The notes under the pieces were generated by a model, which saw only the letters and a list, made by a program, of their open reading frames with translations, searched no databases and was not told the DNA's origin. A stretch of DNA of 63,914 bases, counting the filler, from Folioceros fuciformis (taxonomy: Eukaryota), in NCBI GenBank assembly GCA_049999805.1. It is 5 parts of 5 records of this genome, joined end to end, with 100 filler letters (N's around TTAATTAATTAA, not from the genome) between each part and the next. Parts side by side here need not be neighbours in the genome. Positions count along the whole stretch, not along the records: positions 1 to 19,599 come from JBNGIO010006246.1; 4 more parts are not named here. One strand, 5' to 3'. The position numbers and the translations under genes are program-made. Of the stretch, positions 1 to 12,379 are shown piece after piece (the first letter of the stretch is position 1; each line of letters begins with the position of its first letter).

Positions 1-2104
1 TTGGAATGCGCGGCAGAAGCAAGCAAACGAGACTGCCGCCGTATGCAGCCTGTAAACAGGCTGACAGCAACATTATCCGTCTGTTTAACCTGAGCAAGGA
101 TATCCGAGGACATTTTAGCATGGTGATTCTACAGTTTGGCCTGTCTTGCAGTCACAAGCGTCGGTCGCACTTTCGCAAGTCTGGATGTCCGCTTCCTGTG
201 AGAACAGGAGTTTGTGGGAGAATGGGAGCTCTGACATCCGTTCCAGAGGCCACTCAGCCGTCAAACCGTAACGCGGGGGATCGCTAGCAGCTTATCTGCG
301 TAACGGTTAGGGGGACTCGCTTCCCCGATGCCCGAGCTGAATGGGTCGCTGTCAAAACGTGTAGTTACAAACACCGTTATGTGAGGGTGCCCAACATGGA
401 AGCGCCATAACGAAGTGCGAGAGTGCCGGAATCGATGGGTGATCTTCCTGATTTGGAAGAAGCTTGGGGAGGTCGGTGTAAGGTATTCGCCTCTACTTCT
501 TTGAGAATGGAACGCTTTGAATCCAGAACAACAGCCTGCGTGCTAGCTACCACCTTGTAGACATGGATGATGCCTTCCATCACCGTTGGGAGTGTGTCGG
601 TATCCATAGTTCCAAGGCTATCGTCACATGGTCGTTGACAGTCAAAATGCCACGTTAATGTCGCCCGAAAATTATTAAATAAATATTTCCTGGTAGTAAT
701 GGCCCTGTCGGCGGTTAAGCTTTGACCTTGTTGAGGGGTCCAAGGCTTGACACTCGGACAGGGCTCTCGTCCCAGCCCTGTCCTGCTCGATACTCGATCG
801 CAACATGGACAGGCGTGCACAGCTGCACCTGAGAAGCGGCTCTCCCAGGCCGCAGTCCCACGCAAATGGCTTACAGCCTTGCCTACCTTGTGGTGGGCGG
901 CTTTCGTAGACTCTTCCACACAAACCTTGTGTAGCTCCACAGATAGAGACCTTCCAAGGTTGCGTTCCCACTGCAAGTCCAGAATTCCAGCCATTCCTAG
1001 TCTGGTCCTTGTGGTGAGGCAACTGTAGAACATCGCTAGCTGCTGGAATGCAAGGTCACACCTGGATGTGGTTCCCAGGTAGCAACTTGTAGAATGACTT
1101 CGGGGAAGGAATCAAGCAGGGAGAGAGAATGAGTGCCAGGTCTGGGCTCCGGCTCGACCCCATAAGAAAGCAATTAATGACGTCCTTGCACGGGGGCAGG
1201 AACAGTCACATCTCAGAGCTGGGCTGAATTGGACATGGCAAGCCGAGCGGCCGTAGACAACCCCGCGTGGTCAGTGCTGTGCACCACGTGCAAGTTCGCA
1301 TGCTCGGGAGGCCTGCCTCGCCTCTGGGGGTAGCACGGGCAGCCGCATACACGCACCTCCCGCTTTCCAACCCTCGCCCGCCGCCCAAAAGTGAAGTTTG
1401 AGCCAAGGCCAGCCAGGTACCGTATTTGGATGTAGGTCTGTACAGAAAAGAAATCTCCCATATGCTGTCTTGCAAGACCTGTAGCGACCAGGAGCTAAGG
1501 CTCCGGTGGGTCGAGCCGGTGTTGGTCTTGAGCTGACCGAGTGGATTGCCATCAGAAATCATAAGTCGTTGGATACGCTCCGCCGCTGCACACCCTAGCC
1601 TGATCGCGATGCACATATGGTACCTGAAATGGAGGCCACCGGCGGGGTCTACTGACCGTTCACTTGCTAGTGCTGGCCGTGTCCACGAAATTCATCCTCA
1701 AGAAAAAATTAAATCCGCCTCGCGCGATCAACTGGGTACGTAGCTCGATGGAATTCGGCCCCGATGACAGTGGCCTTGCCTTGAGTGGTCGCCTTGTACC
1801 ATCCTCAAGATGAAAATATATCTGCCAAGGTAGGTTCCCGAGTCATTGGGCCCTCTTCACAAAGTTCCTCGTCCTTGCGCTGATAATCTTGTCGGACGAA
1901 TCCCTCAGCTGCAATGCTGACTGCAATTGGTGTGCCTCCTGTCTGCTAACAGAAAGATTCTCCTCAGTACGGATCACTGGATACAACCAGGGTGGTGTGA
2001 GGTATGTTCGCACTCTCAATCGGGTTCGAAGAACTTCCCATCCTTTCACACTTCCGCAATTCTTCTTCCATCGGTCCATGCTTCCGTTCCGCGTAGCCAG
2101 CCCT

Positions 2105-2222
2105 AGCCATAGCTTAAGGTCTTTGCGACATCAAAAGAGCCATAGCTTGAGGCCTTTGCCACGTCACGGGAGCCATAGCTCGAGGCCTTTGCCACGTCAC
2201 GGGAGCCATAGCTTGAGGTCTC
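2105..2222. repeat. 33-bp tandem repeat, ~3.5 copies
   Basis: 'gggagccatagctYgaggcctttgccacgtcac' is repeated here. The paralogous site near 14815 has a single unit. Confidence 0.85.
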
Positions 2223-2607
2223 TGGGACGCAGGGGAAGCGTTTGCGTGTTTGCGTGCCTTCTTGCCGGGTAACGTAACGGAGCCCTATGGTTAGCCATGT
2301 CTCCCACTTTGCTTGGAATCTTTTCGAGCATAGCTAACGCTCCATTGCGTTGTTACCCGGGATGGGTTCATTCCTCTGTTGCCTTGCTGTACACCATTTT
2401 GGCCAACAGGTTGATCGATTTGTTGCTGTATTGCCTATTTTTTTGTTTCACTGATGATAGGGTAATCCATGTGTTGGTTGGAGGTGTAGGTGCTTACAGA
2501 GTGTTGGCTGGCCATCCCAACAGCTACCATGGCAGCAAGCGCTGGTCCCCACTGGAGCAAAGATCCTTTACTCCCAGCAGCCTCTGTTGGAGCTGACCAC
2601 GGGAGGC

Positions 2608-3817
2608 ATGAGCGTTGAACCTGAGGACCGGGTTACAATTGAACTCCCCACGGAGGCAATGGTCGGCTTGTCTGGACAGCCTTCGGCCGAGAGGCACAAG
2701 GTGCTGCCGGTGTCTTTACTATCGTCCTCACCTCCGTTACCACCTGATCTTCCGGTTGGCCATCTCCTCAATCTGCCCAAGATTCACCCAGATTATAACC
2801 TGGGGCAGTCCAGCTACCGGTCCTATGAAGGCTACCATGTGTACGACGAAGGCTACCTGGACTACAACGAGGGGATACCTTGGCTGCGAGGAGTGTTACA
2901 TTGGCTTGGAAGATCACTACATTGGGTACGAGGACGAGGACGACTACCTGGCCTACGAGGAGCGCTACATTGGCTTCGAGGAGCGCTATGTTGGCAACGA
3001 AGAAGTCTACCTTGGCTACCAATACTGGGTAGGCTACCCTGGTTACCAGTACTGGGAGGGCTACCTTGGCTACCAGTACTGGGAGGGCCACCTTGGCTAC
3101 CTTGGCTACCAGTACTGGGAGGGCCACCTTGGCTACCAGTACTGGGAGGGCTACCTTGGCTACCAGTATTGGGAGGGCTACCTTGGCTACCAGTACCAGG
3201 AGGGCTACCTTGGCTACCAGTACCAGGAGGGCTACCTTGGCTATGAGGAGCGCTACATTGGCTTCGAGGAGCGCTACTTTTGCTACGAGGATGGCTACCT
3301 TGGCTACCAGTATGAAGAGGGATACCTTGGCTACCAATACCAGGAGGACTACCAAAAGGGCTACCAGTACCAGGAGGGCTACCAGCACCAGGAGGGCTAC
3401 CTTGTCTACCAGTACCAGGAGAGCTACCTTGTCTACCAGTACNNNNNNNNNNTTGTCTACCAGTACCAGGAGAGCTACCTTGTCTACCAGTACCAGGAGG
3501 GATACCTTGGCTATCAGTACCGGGAAGGCTACCTTGTCTACCAGTACCGGGAGGGCCGCCTTGGCTACGAGTATGAGGATGGCTACCAGTACCAGGAGGG
3601 CTACCTAGGCTATCAGTACCAGGAGGGCTACCCTGTCTTCCAGGAGGGTTATCTTGTCTATGAGGAGCGTTACCTTGGCTACGACAAGGGCTACCTTGGC
3701 TGCTGCGAAAGCTATCATGGCTACCTTAGGTATGAGGGCTACCTTGGCTACTGCGAGATCTACCATGGCTACCTTAGCTATGAGGGCTACCTTAGCTACG
3801 AGGGCTATATAGCGTGA
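2608..3817 (+). pseudogene. Orphan Tyr/Gly/Glu-rich tandem-repeat protein, copy A (frameshifted as assembled)
   Basis: The N-terminal part (MSVEPEDRVTIELPTEAMVGLSGQPSAE...LPVGHLLNLPKIHPDYNLGQSSYRSYEGY) is in ORF 2587..3246. After a G-run at 2871-2874 the frame continues in ORF 2615..3817 as (GYLGYQYWE/QE)n and ends GYLSYEGYIA*. It is paralogous to 15138..16127. There is a 10-N gap at 3443-3452. Confidence 0.55.
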
Positions 3818-6580
3818 GGTACCTTAGCTACGAGAGCGTCATGACCGTGCACCTATCCCCTGGCACCGCTCCCTCTACGGCTCATACTCCTTCCCCTGCA
3901 CATGTTTCATGGCTGTTTCAATTCGAAGCTATACTAATTCATTTGTCTTACAAATCAACACTAACCGCGTTGCGCTGCTGTTTATGACAGAATGACCGCG
4001 CCCGGAATCTGATCACAACACTTGATGGCTGCGCACTTGTGAGGTTGTGCACTCGAAAGCATTTCACAACATGCTTTGTTTTCGTGGGGAGCAGGGTGGC
4101 CAGTGCCATGGCCCTCACTCGAATGACGGGTGCAAGCTTAGTGTGAACTTGCGCACTCGTAATTACAGCTGATTCAGTTTGGGGTGACTTGGTATGGAGG
4201 CGGGCTTGTCAGTTTCCTCACTTCAATCCTTGCTGCGATTAGTGTGTACTGATGGACAATACACTTGTCCACGTACTTGTCTACTGAAGCTGTCCTATGA
4301 CGATCGATCAATGGCTTCCTGTCATTTAAGCTGTCTTTTGGGCTCCTGGAAATTGCATAGATTTGACGTCCGTGGATAATCTCACTGCGAGCCCGCTGTG
4401 CCAGTAGCACCGCTGTGAGCGTTGCAGTTTGCTGGGCTACTGCACAGTTCCTTGTTCCCTAACAGAATGGAAAGTGGGCATTTCGTGGGTCCGTCTGTAA
4501 ATCGCTTTACAGGTCAAGAAGCAAACTTCCCTAGTTGTGCGCAAGGGGTCCAGAACTTCCAACGCGCAACAGAAGTCAGGGAGCGAGGCTAGGATTGGAT
4601 GCATGACTGTAAAACGGCAACACCATCCCGGCCGTCGCTGGTCCCACGTAGGTCATCTGAGCGCATGTGTACTTTATGGTCACTGTACATTTTGGCCGTT
4701 TCAGCAGTCATAAATGTCAACTTCTATGGCACAGCGGTTAAGACCGGATGTATGCCTCCTGCCTCCGCGCCATCCTCTAGTTTTTCGTCACTCCCAAGTT
4801 AGTGTGTTAGATACGGTAAAGAAGTTGATTTGGCCTGCAAGCATAACCATTAGACGGTGATTGATTTGATACTTCGCAAACCTTAAGAAATAATATATAT
4901 TTATTTTAGAAAAATAAGATGAAAAACTATCTACACCTAGAGAGGAAGATAGACGATATAACGAACACTAAGGACTAATCCCTTAAAGCTTATGTACCAA
5001 TGGCACCCAAAATGATGATAGACACTAGGGACTAACCCCCTAAAGCCTAATGAGTAACAATGGCACCCAAAACATTATAGTCTACTTACCCAAAAGGGTC
5101 TACTATCACAGTGGAGTTGCTGACGTTAGCTCTCTTGCCAACAAGGTAAGGAATAAGTGGAACAATTTGAGACTTAATCTAAGTGGAACGATTTCAAATG
5201 TAATCACCTTCCTTTGTGTGAAATCAATGCTTTATGCTATTCAAATTTGGAAGTCATTTTTCATTCTTCAAATTTTGGAAGGCTTTGCAGCTCACTTTCA
5301 ATTATCATTACTATGATCAAAGTGAATCACCTTTGTTTGTCCTTGTGGTTTATTAGGCTGCTTCCATTATAAACAAATTATGATGCAAAGTGTTTGAGTG
5401 GTTTTAGACTACATTTCGACCACCTCTTATCTCATATCTCTTCCCTTGTACTCTTATTACCTTCATATAATAATAACTCTTCAAAAGTAGGATGGGGTGT
5501 TATCTTTCATGTGTACTACGTATGAGCACTACGATGGGGTGTCACCATTAAGTTAGAATATGTACTCGTACCAAGATGTGGTCTATGTTTCATAAGGAAA
5601 AGGAGGAACTAAGAGTATAGTAGCTTGCAAAATGGTTCGTGTGGGGAGGTCTTGTTCGATTCTACATTTATATATGTTTCAAGTAATTTGAAGTTATGTC
5701 TTTACTTAATATAAAACATTAGAATGGTGAGTTTGACCACCTATCAATCTAAAGGACTGGATTGTGATGAAAGCTTCAAGAAATAAAGAATTACTATCAG
5801 CCCTTTTTTTATATCTTTGTTTCTAAAAATCATGCAAAGTAGCCTCCAATTCACTCAATCATTGGAAATGGAACTCTTCCACCCCGAATAGTGGAGTGTA
5901 CCAGAATTTTAAATTCTAGATGTGGGGGTGATGGTTTTACATATAATGAAGACCAGTTGCTTCGAAATGTGGACACGATATTGGACTCAAAGACAAATCA
6001 AGATGATCTTGCGTACCAAACTTGGTCCAAGGTGTCAACTTAAGGTTATGTCACCTTTGGTTAGGTCGATAGTCTTAGATTGATTGGAACAATTTGTTCG
6101 AGTCATGATTTCTCTTAAAATGCATAGGGAGAGGGAGCACAATGAATAAGACATGAGATGAATTGGATCTTTTGTCTAGGCATATGTGGCTGCCAAAAAT
6201 AACTTTGCTACAAGGCAATAATCATAGCCTAAACTATGCATCCGCATGCTAGCGTCATGTTTCTAATTGAAAAAGGAGAGAATCTATAAATGTAGTTCAT
6301 ATTACCCTTTTTGAAAATGGTGCCTAAGAGCATTTAAGAATTTGCCCATTTTTTGCAGACCATGTTTGAAATGCTCTACTTATGAAGAATCTGAGGAAAT
6401 GTACTCAAAACAAATAGAGGACGCTTATATGCTTAAGTTCCAGATAGCATTTGCAAACTTGGTAAGTTATGTATTTTATATTGAGTACAGTAATGTTATA
6501 TGTAATTGTGAAAAGTAACTTGGAGTGCGCCGGTCTCGACTACAGCAATGCGCCGGCAAACTGGCACACCTAGGCTACAG

Positions 6581-6860
6581 CAGTGTACTAGTAGACCAGC
6601 AAACTGAAACTGCTGGAGTGCACTAGTATACTAGCACATCTTGCTTGCTTAAGTATCCTGTTGCCCATCTTTTAGGTATTGAGCCTTTATTTTCCTTCTG
6701 ACTTTGATGTAACAAACACAGTGTACTAGTAGACCAGCACACTCAAATTGCTGGAGTGCACTAGTATACTAGCACACATCTTGCTTGCTTAAGTATCCTG
6801 TTGCCCATCTTTTAGGTATTGAGCCTTTATTTTCCTTCTGACTTTGACTTAACAAACACA
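6581..6860. repeat. ~140-bp direct tandem duplication
   Basis: 'cagtgtactagtagaccagca...gactttga..taacaaacaca' occurs twice. Confidence 0.9.
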
Positions 6861-7415
6861 TTAAAATAGTAATTCCCCTACAAGAGAGAAATGAGGTAGG
6901 AGAGGGGATCTCCTTTAAGAGGGAGAGAGTTTGGAAGGTTCATTTTTGTCAACACACTTTGCTGTTTGGTCCATCTCTGCTTGCTCTTGCTCAAGAGGTG
7001 GTACTGGCTGTGTAGGTGCACAATGCTTAGTGCGATTGGAGATGTGGTGTGGTGGCTAGGGTTGGGGGGTTCACTCTCAGCCCTTGATTGCAAAGAGTGC
7101 AGCTTCCTTTTGACCTATCTGCCTTTGTTCCTTGTTGGACAAGGGCTTGGTGCTGGCCATGTTAAATGGTGTCTAGTAAGGTCAAGAGGTGGAGGCATCC
7201 AAGGGGGAGTGTGTTTCCCCATCATCTTTCTCGGAGTTAGCCTAGTTAGGAGACTCTTGCCCGGTGGGGGGAGTCAATAGGATCGGTAGAGATAGAAGCG
7301 TGGTGAGGAAAAGCATGAAGGAATGTGTGGAATGGAAAGGTTTGGTAATCAGTCTAGGAAAGTCTAACTTAGTTTCTTTTTGTTCAGAATAGTTCGAAGG
7401 GAGGCATGTGGAACG

Positions 7416-7552
7416 TAGGAATCTGAGCAAGTGCCCATGGTAGGTAGTGAGCGGCTAGTGAAGGTTTTTATGGAGTTTTTTAGTAGGAATCTGAGCAAGT
7501 GCCCATGGTAGGTAGTGAGCGGCTAGTGAAGGTTTTTATGGAGTTTTTTAGT
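7416..7552. repeat. Short direct tandem duplication (~65 bp)
   Basis: 'gtaggaatctgagcaagtgcccatggtaggtagtgagcggctagtgaaggtttttatggagttttttag' occurs twice. Confidence 0.9.
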
Positions 7553-8584
7553 TCTATTCTGATAGGTTAGAATAAGAAGATATCTACATAGTAGGATGTT
7601 TACCTACATACGTAGAGAGAGTACCTATGAGGAGAAAATGGAAGATACCTACGTAGGTAGGGAAGGTACTTATACGGTAGACACCCCACCTACGGCAATG
7701 GGGTAGGCTGTCTACCTACGACAATGGGTGGGAATGGTAGGGAACCTACCTACGAAGGGAGCAACAAGAACCCTACCTACGAAGGGGACATCCTCACCCT
7801 ACGTAGGGAAGGAACCTCAAGTTGAAGAACAAGTGGATCCCTTCCCTACCAAAGCTGTAGGTGGTGGTGAAGGGATATCTCAAGAGATCCACACAGAGAA
7901 AGGTACGGTGGAAGTTTGTGGATCCAAAAGAAGACGAATCCCAATAATGGAAGGGGGCCTAGTAGCTCAACCTTCAGACTCTGCCTCCCTTTAGAAGCCA
8001 TCCTATCCACACCTTTTTGAAAAGGGGGTCAACGAATCTTCTATGGTGGCACCGACAGTCCTAATCTTCATCGGCGCGCACTACCCTAGCAATTATTGGT
8101 AGGACTTGCCTTTTGGCATGTGTGCGCAGTTAAAGTTTGTGGCGCCTAGTGTGAGAGAAGGGTAGCCCACCATCTACATGTAGGAGAGGGTTCATGTGTC
8201 GATCTCTCCTATAAGGAGGGGCTACACAAAGAAATGAACCACCACATTCTGCACTCTTCTCATGGCGAGTTCTCATGCTCAACAAAGTGTAGGAATCTCG
8301 TTGCCGGCTGTGTGCCATCACACACCTGGTTGTGGCTAGAGTTGTAGTGGTCGAAGTGCTTGGCGGAGGGCTTATATTGATCCATGGGCACCCCTGCAAG
8401 TTGCTTCCCTTGTGAATGGTTGTCATGCTGCTATAGGTGTGTGGCAATACCTGTGTGGCTGTTGGCTTGAGGGTAGACTCTAGGGAAAGACTCTCTGGAA
8501 GTTCTCGCTAACAAGCGCAAGCACGCAACGACTGGCCCAAGGAAAAGCTTGTTGGTCATTGGACGTATGAAGATGAGTAGCTAG

Positions 8585-9075
8585 ATTGTGGGTTGAGGAA
8601 AGTGTTGTAGGGAGCCTTGTGAGGAAAAGGTATTGAGTGTAGGGAGGTAGAAATCGGTAGGGGAGGTACTGGGGCCCTTCCAAGTGAAGGAATGGTGCCT
8701 ACCTACTGACTGGACGTGAGGAAGGTGCTGTAGGGAGCCTTGTGAGAAAAAGGTATTGAGCGTAGGGAGGTAAAAATCGGTAGGGGAGGTACTGGGGCCC
8801 TTCCAAGTGAAGGAATGGTGCCTACCTACTGACTTGACGTGTTGCAGGATTGGTAGGTACATGATTGGGAGGTAGAAACTGGTAAGGGGAGGTACTAGGG
8901 CCCTTCCAAGTGAAGGAATGGTGCCTACCTACTGACTGGACGTGTTGCAAGATTGGTAGGAACGTGATTGGGAGGTAGAAATTGGTAGGGGGAGGTACTG
9001 GGGCTCTTCCAAGTAAAAGAATGGTGCCTATCTACTGACTGGACGTGTGGCAGGATTGGTAGGTACGTGGTTGGG
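8585..9075. repeat. Minisatellite, ~5 units
   Basis: Recurring core 'ggtagggggaggtactggggcccttccaagtgaaggaatggtgcctacctactgactggacgtg'. Confidence 0.9.
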
Positions 9076-10599
9076 AGGGTTGACTATTGTAGGGGAACGA
9101 TAGACGTAGCTGACCAGGCTCAGAGGGGAGCGATTCCCGGGAAGCCTACAACGACCGTGGGATTGATGTGGCCACAATACATGTGAGCGGGTGCCTGGTA
9201 GGGATACCACACCTGCTTGCCCACAAAATGCAGAATAGGAAGCCTATCCTATGCTTGACATGAGTTGGAGGGGAGCCCTTGAATCTGTCACAATAGTGTG
9301 TGAGTTGTACAAGTGGTTAGGTAGTCTATCCAGGTGGTACAGCACAGTCATTAGAAGGTGCTCTCTAGATCTAGTAGATTGTCCTAGGTCGTTGACATGA
9401 GGACTGACTGTGAGAAGCATTTGACGCTCCGTGAGTCGGTGATTGTGTAAGTTGTATAAGTGTTAAAGAGGTTTGTCCAGGGGATAGAGCATAGTCTTTG
9501 GGCAATGTCCTTGAGGTCTGGCAGACTGTCCTACATTGTTGATGTGAGTACTAACTATGGGAACCACCTAACGCGGCGTCCGTTTGTGGGATCTATCCGA
9601 GGGTTGGTAGGGAAGCTAACCCAACTGTCTGTTTGACTGGTTGTGACATAAGGGTAGGACAAGGAGTGGATAGGATACTTGGGAGAAAGGGGTAGTAAGT
9701 GAGGTAGGCTCTCCATCCATTTCATCCATCCGAGAGAAAGAAAGAAAGAGAGAGGGACTCTACCCCTCCTTCGTGGGAACAAAACTCATTGTCTTGATGA
9801 CAATGGGATAAGTGTGGCCACTACAAGCAGCCCAAGGCCTTGCCCCCTTCCTAGGTCGCTAGGTGTCCGGGGCTTGGCCTCCACAAAGAGGTTGTTGGTA
9901 TGGCTCATTTTATCTAGGATATTAGTGTCATACACTAAATATCTTCCATCCTTCAAGCCTATTAGTGTCATACAATAAATGTCTTTCATCCTTTTGGGTG
10001 GGTGCCAACCTATGGGTGGGTGCCAACCTATGTCTCGGTGTTATTAGCCTTGCATAGGCTGCTGCTCTACTCTTGGAGACTTTCTAAATATTTTTATTCT
10101 CTTTAATTAAAGTCTCATGGTTTCGCCAAAAAAAAAACAGTATAAAGAAAAGTCATGGAGGAAGAAGAAAAGGTGAACGAGGGCGATGGAAGAAAAGGCA
10201 AAAAGGAAAAATTGCCGAAGGTTCTAATAACAGCATGATGGTAGCCCTCAAACATGATGTTAGAGGGGTCGAGAGAAAACTGGACTTTGTCCGCGGTGAT
10301 GAAATCGGTGTGTGGCGGGACATGGGGGCTCCGTGGTCGCGTTTACGTCCTGATCGTTGCCTCTTGCGCGTAGGTCGACGGTGCATGAGTTGTCGCGGCA
10401 CTTACCCGACGGGAGTCACCCCGGGTAGGTCGCCAAGGAGAAAGGAAGTTGGGCGCTGATCAGGGAAGTCAGTGAAGTGAGGAAGCACCCTCCATCCACG
10501 CAGGACAAGCTCTTCAGTCAATTGGGAATGAAATCTAGTTGTACATAGCACTGGGATAGGTGTGGCCGCTAAAGGGCACGGTTCCAGGGTCCCGGGTTC

Positions 10600-11960
10600 T
10601 GCCACCACACATGGACAACAAGGCATGAATTTGCGGCACCCCCATCAACAAACGCAACAGAAACGTGCAACAAACAGCTGCAGGAACGTCATACTAGAAC
10701 AGCAACGGCAAGAAGAACGTCAAAAAGAAGGACAAATCCGATGGTGTAGGCTATTTGAGATGTTGCAAGGGCTGTAGTCTGAGATTCCAATAGCGATTGT
10801 CTGTCTGTGAGGAAGTAGGATTCAAAGGAACAGCACAACTGGACCAATGGACGACGCAAGGCTCTGATTCGTGTGATGAGCTTTGGTGGATTAAGGCTCT
10901 CCAAGCCATACCCACAGACGACCCAAGCTAGTCATCGATTCATCATGATCAAGGTTCAGTTCATAATGGAGACGGCAACAAGATGAACACTTCACTTGAC
11001 ACTGGACAGTTGCCTCCTTAAGCTTAGTATGTCGTTTTCTCCTTTCAGTACAAAATTGTAGGCTGTTTTATATGTTTCCACCCTTTGCACACTGCTGGCC
11101 AATTTCACTGGAAACCTTTGCGAGCCTCCAAATGTTCTCGAATTACTGTGGTCAGGTCGTCGTCGGACAGCAAGGTGACTTCGAGAGCCAATGACGCAGG
11201 TATTTGGCCCAACAGCTCATAATTTGAAGATGGCAGGATCCACTATCTAGGTTCGATCTGAACAACAGTCCCGTCTTGGAAGGCAGCAACCATACAGTGA
11301 CAGCCTTTCCATCCACATTACTTCAAAAACACATGTTATGTTTCAGCATGTTTTGTGAACGCGTGCGTTTACTAGTGTTTCTCGACTGTACCAACGAGGA
11401 GGTACGTGTGTGTTTGCAGTGCCTACCAGTTTCTGCGTTGGAGAACTGTAAAACGAAGATAAATGTTGCTGTTGCTAAGAGAATGTCGCTTACATCAGTT
11501 TTGAAGGTCGCATGGACGAAGAAGGATGAACGTATGAGGTAATCTGAGGTTGAGGATGGCCTCTGTCACATTTCCCTCATCGCTATTGCTGTCCGCAAAC
11601 CTCCAGCATATGAAAAAAGGAGACCAGCACATGGGCCTCTTTATTAGTATATCATACATGGGCAACGAATGGCCAGTCGATTCAGCTTCATCAGTTAAGT
11701 GTTGAGATTGGAGGAATTTGGGGTTACTAGAGATGGGAGAATGAGAAGCGCCACGCCGCCCGTCCATGCCTGGACGGCATCATGGTTTCCTGTGTGTGAA
11801 AGCTTGAAGATGAGAAATCTCCCCTATGTTATCACGACCTGGGGCTTCTTGGAGCTAATTAAGCCTCCGATCGGGCCGGACCGTGTGCGTTTTGATCCAA
11901 GCGATTTGATTTCCATCAGGAAACATGAGTCCTTAGGGGGATACATTCCGCTGATGGTGC
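10600..11960 (+). repeat. Diverged segmental duplicate, partial copy B
   Basis: Collinear with about 12950-14260, e.g. 'catgatcaaggtt', 'gtcggacagcaaggt', 'ggatccacta', 'tggccagtcgattcag', 'gatgagaaatctcccc'. Confidence 0.8.
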
Positions 11961-12379
11961 TTTCACTCGCTCGAGCGAGTGGTGGCCTGGCTCTGGCTCT
12001 GGCTCTTGCTCTTGGTGCTGTTGCTCGCGCTAGTCTTGCTCTTGCCCCTGGGTGCTATCTTGTTGAGCCTGATGGTAAGCTCCTGCTGCTGCTTTTGCTG
12101 CTTCACCTTATGCCCAGTTCCAGGACTTTCTTTATTTCCTGTTTGTGATTTGTGAATAGGTTAAGAACAAGTGTTTCGCTACTCTTTCGTGACAGCCATC
12201 CGCTGCCAGGGACCTCATGACGACATGGCGATCATGTACTTCACTGCTCATCGAGGTTGGTTGACGAGAACTTTGTGAAGAATGTTTGGAATCTCGGGTG
12301 AGGAGGATTGCAGAGCGGTAGTTACTCCAGGAGCAATGGGCACCCCGGCTGCCATATTAAGATCAGTGCAGACCTATGG

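Larger units (their letters stand above)
1460..5580 (+). repeat. Diverged segmental duplicate, copy A
   Basis: Collinear nucleotide similarity to about 14130-17560, e.g. 'catcctcaagatgaaaata', 'gattcttc/ttcttcttccat', 'ccctgcacatgtttcatg', 'cattttggccgtttcagcagtcata'. Confidence 0.85.
6870..10130. mobile_element. Decayed retroelement-like or other interspersed repeat with an internal minisatellite
   Basis: G/A-rich with no intact ORF and an internal tandem array at 8585-9075. It shares a ~100-bp block in inverted orientation with 19495-19599. No RT or integrase motif was seen, so the class is uncertain. Confidence 0.4.

Noticed and set aside
2768-3608. Alternative-frame ORFs (VAKVALLV)n on minus and (RATLATST)n on plus; likewise 15372-16098
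   Set aside because: These are shadow frames of the codon-phased repeat. Only the Tyr frame joins the conserved head domain in copy C.
5600-6520. AT-rich stretch possibly a transposase relic (also 26400-27050)
   Set aside because: The frames I read are broken by stops and no diagnostic motif could be identified.
8585-9075. Repeat arrays (also 17375-17612 and 19050-19490) as CRISPR-like arrays
   Set aside because: The units are contiguous or have homologous intervening sequence, with no unique spacers and no cas genes, in a eukaryotic context.
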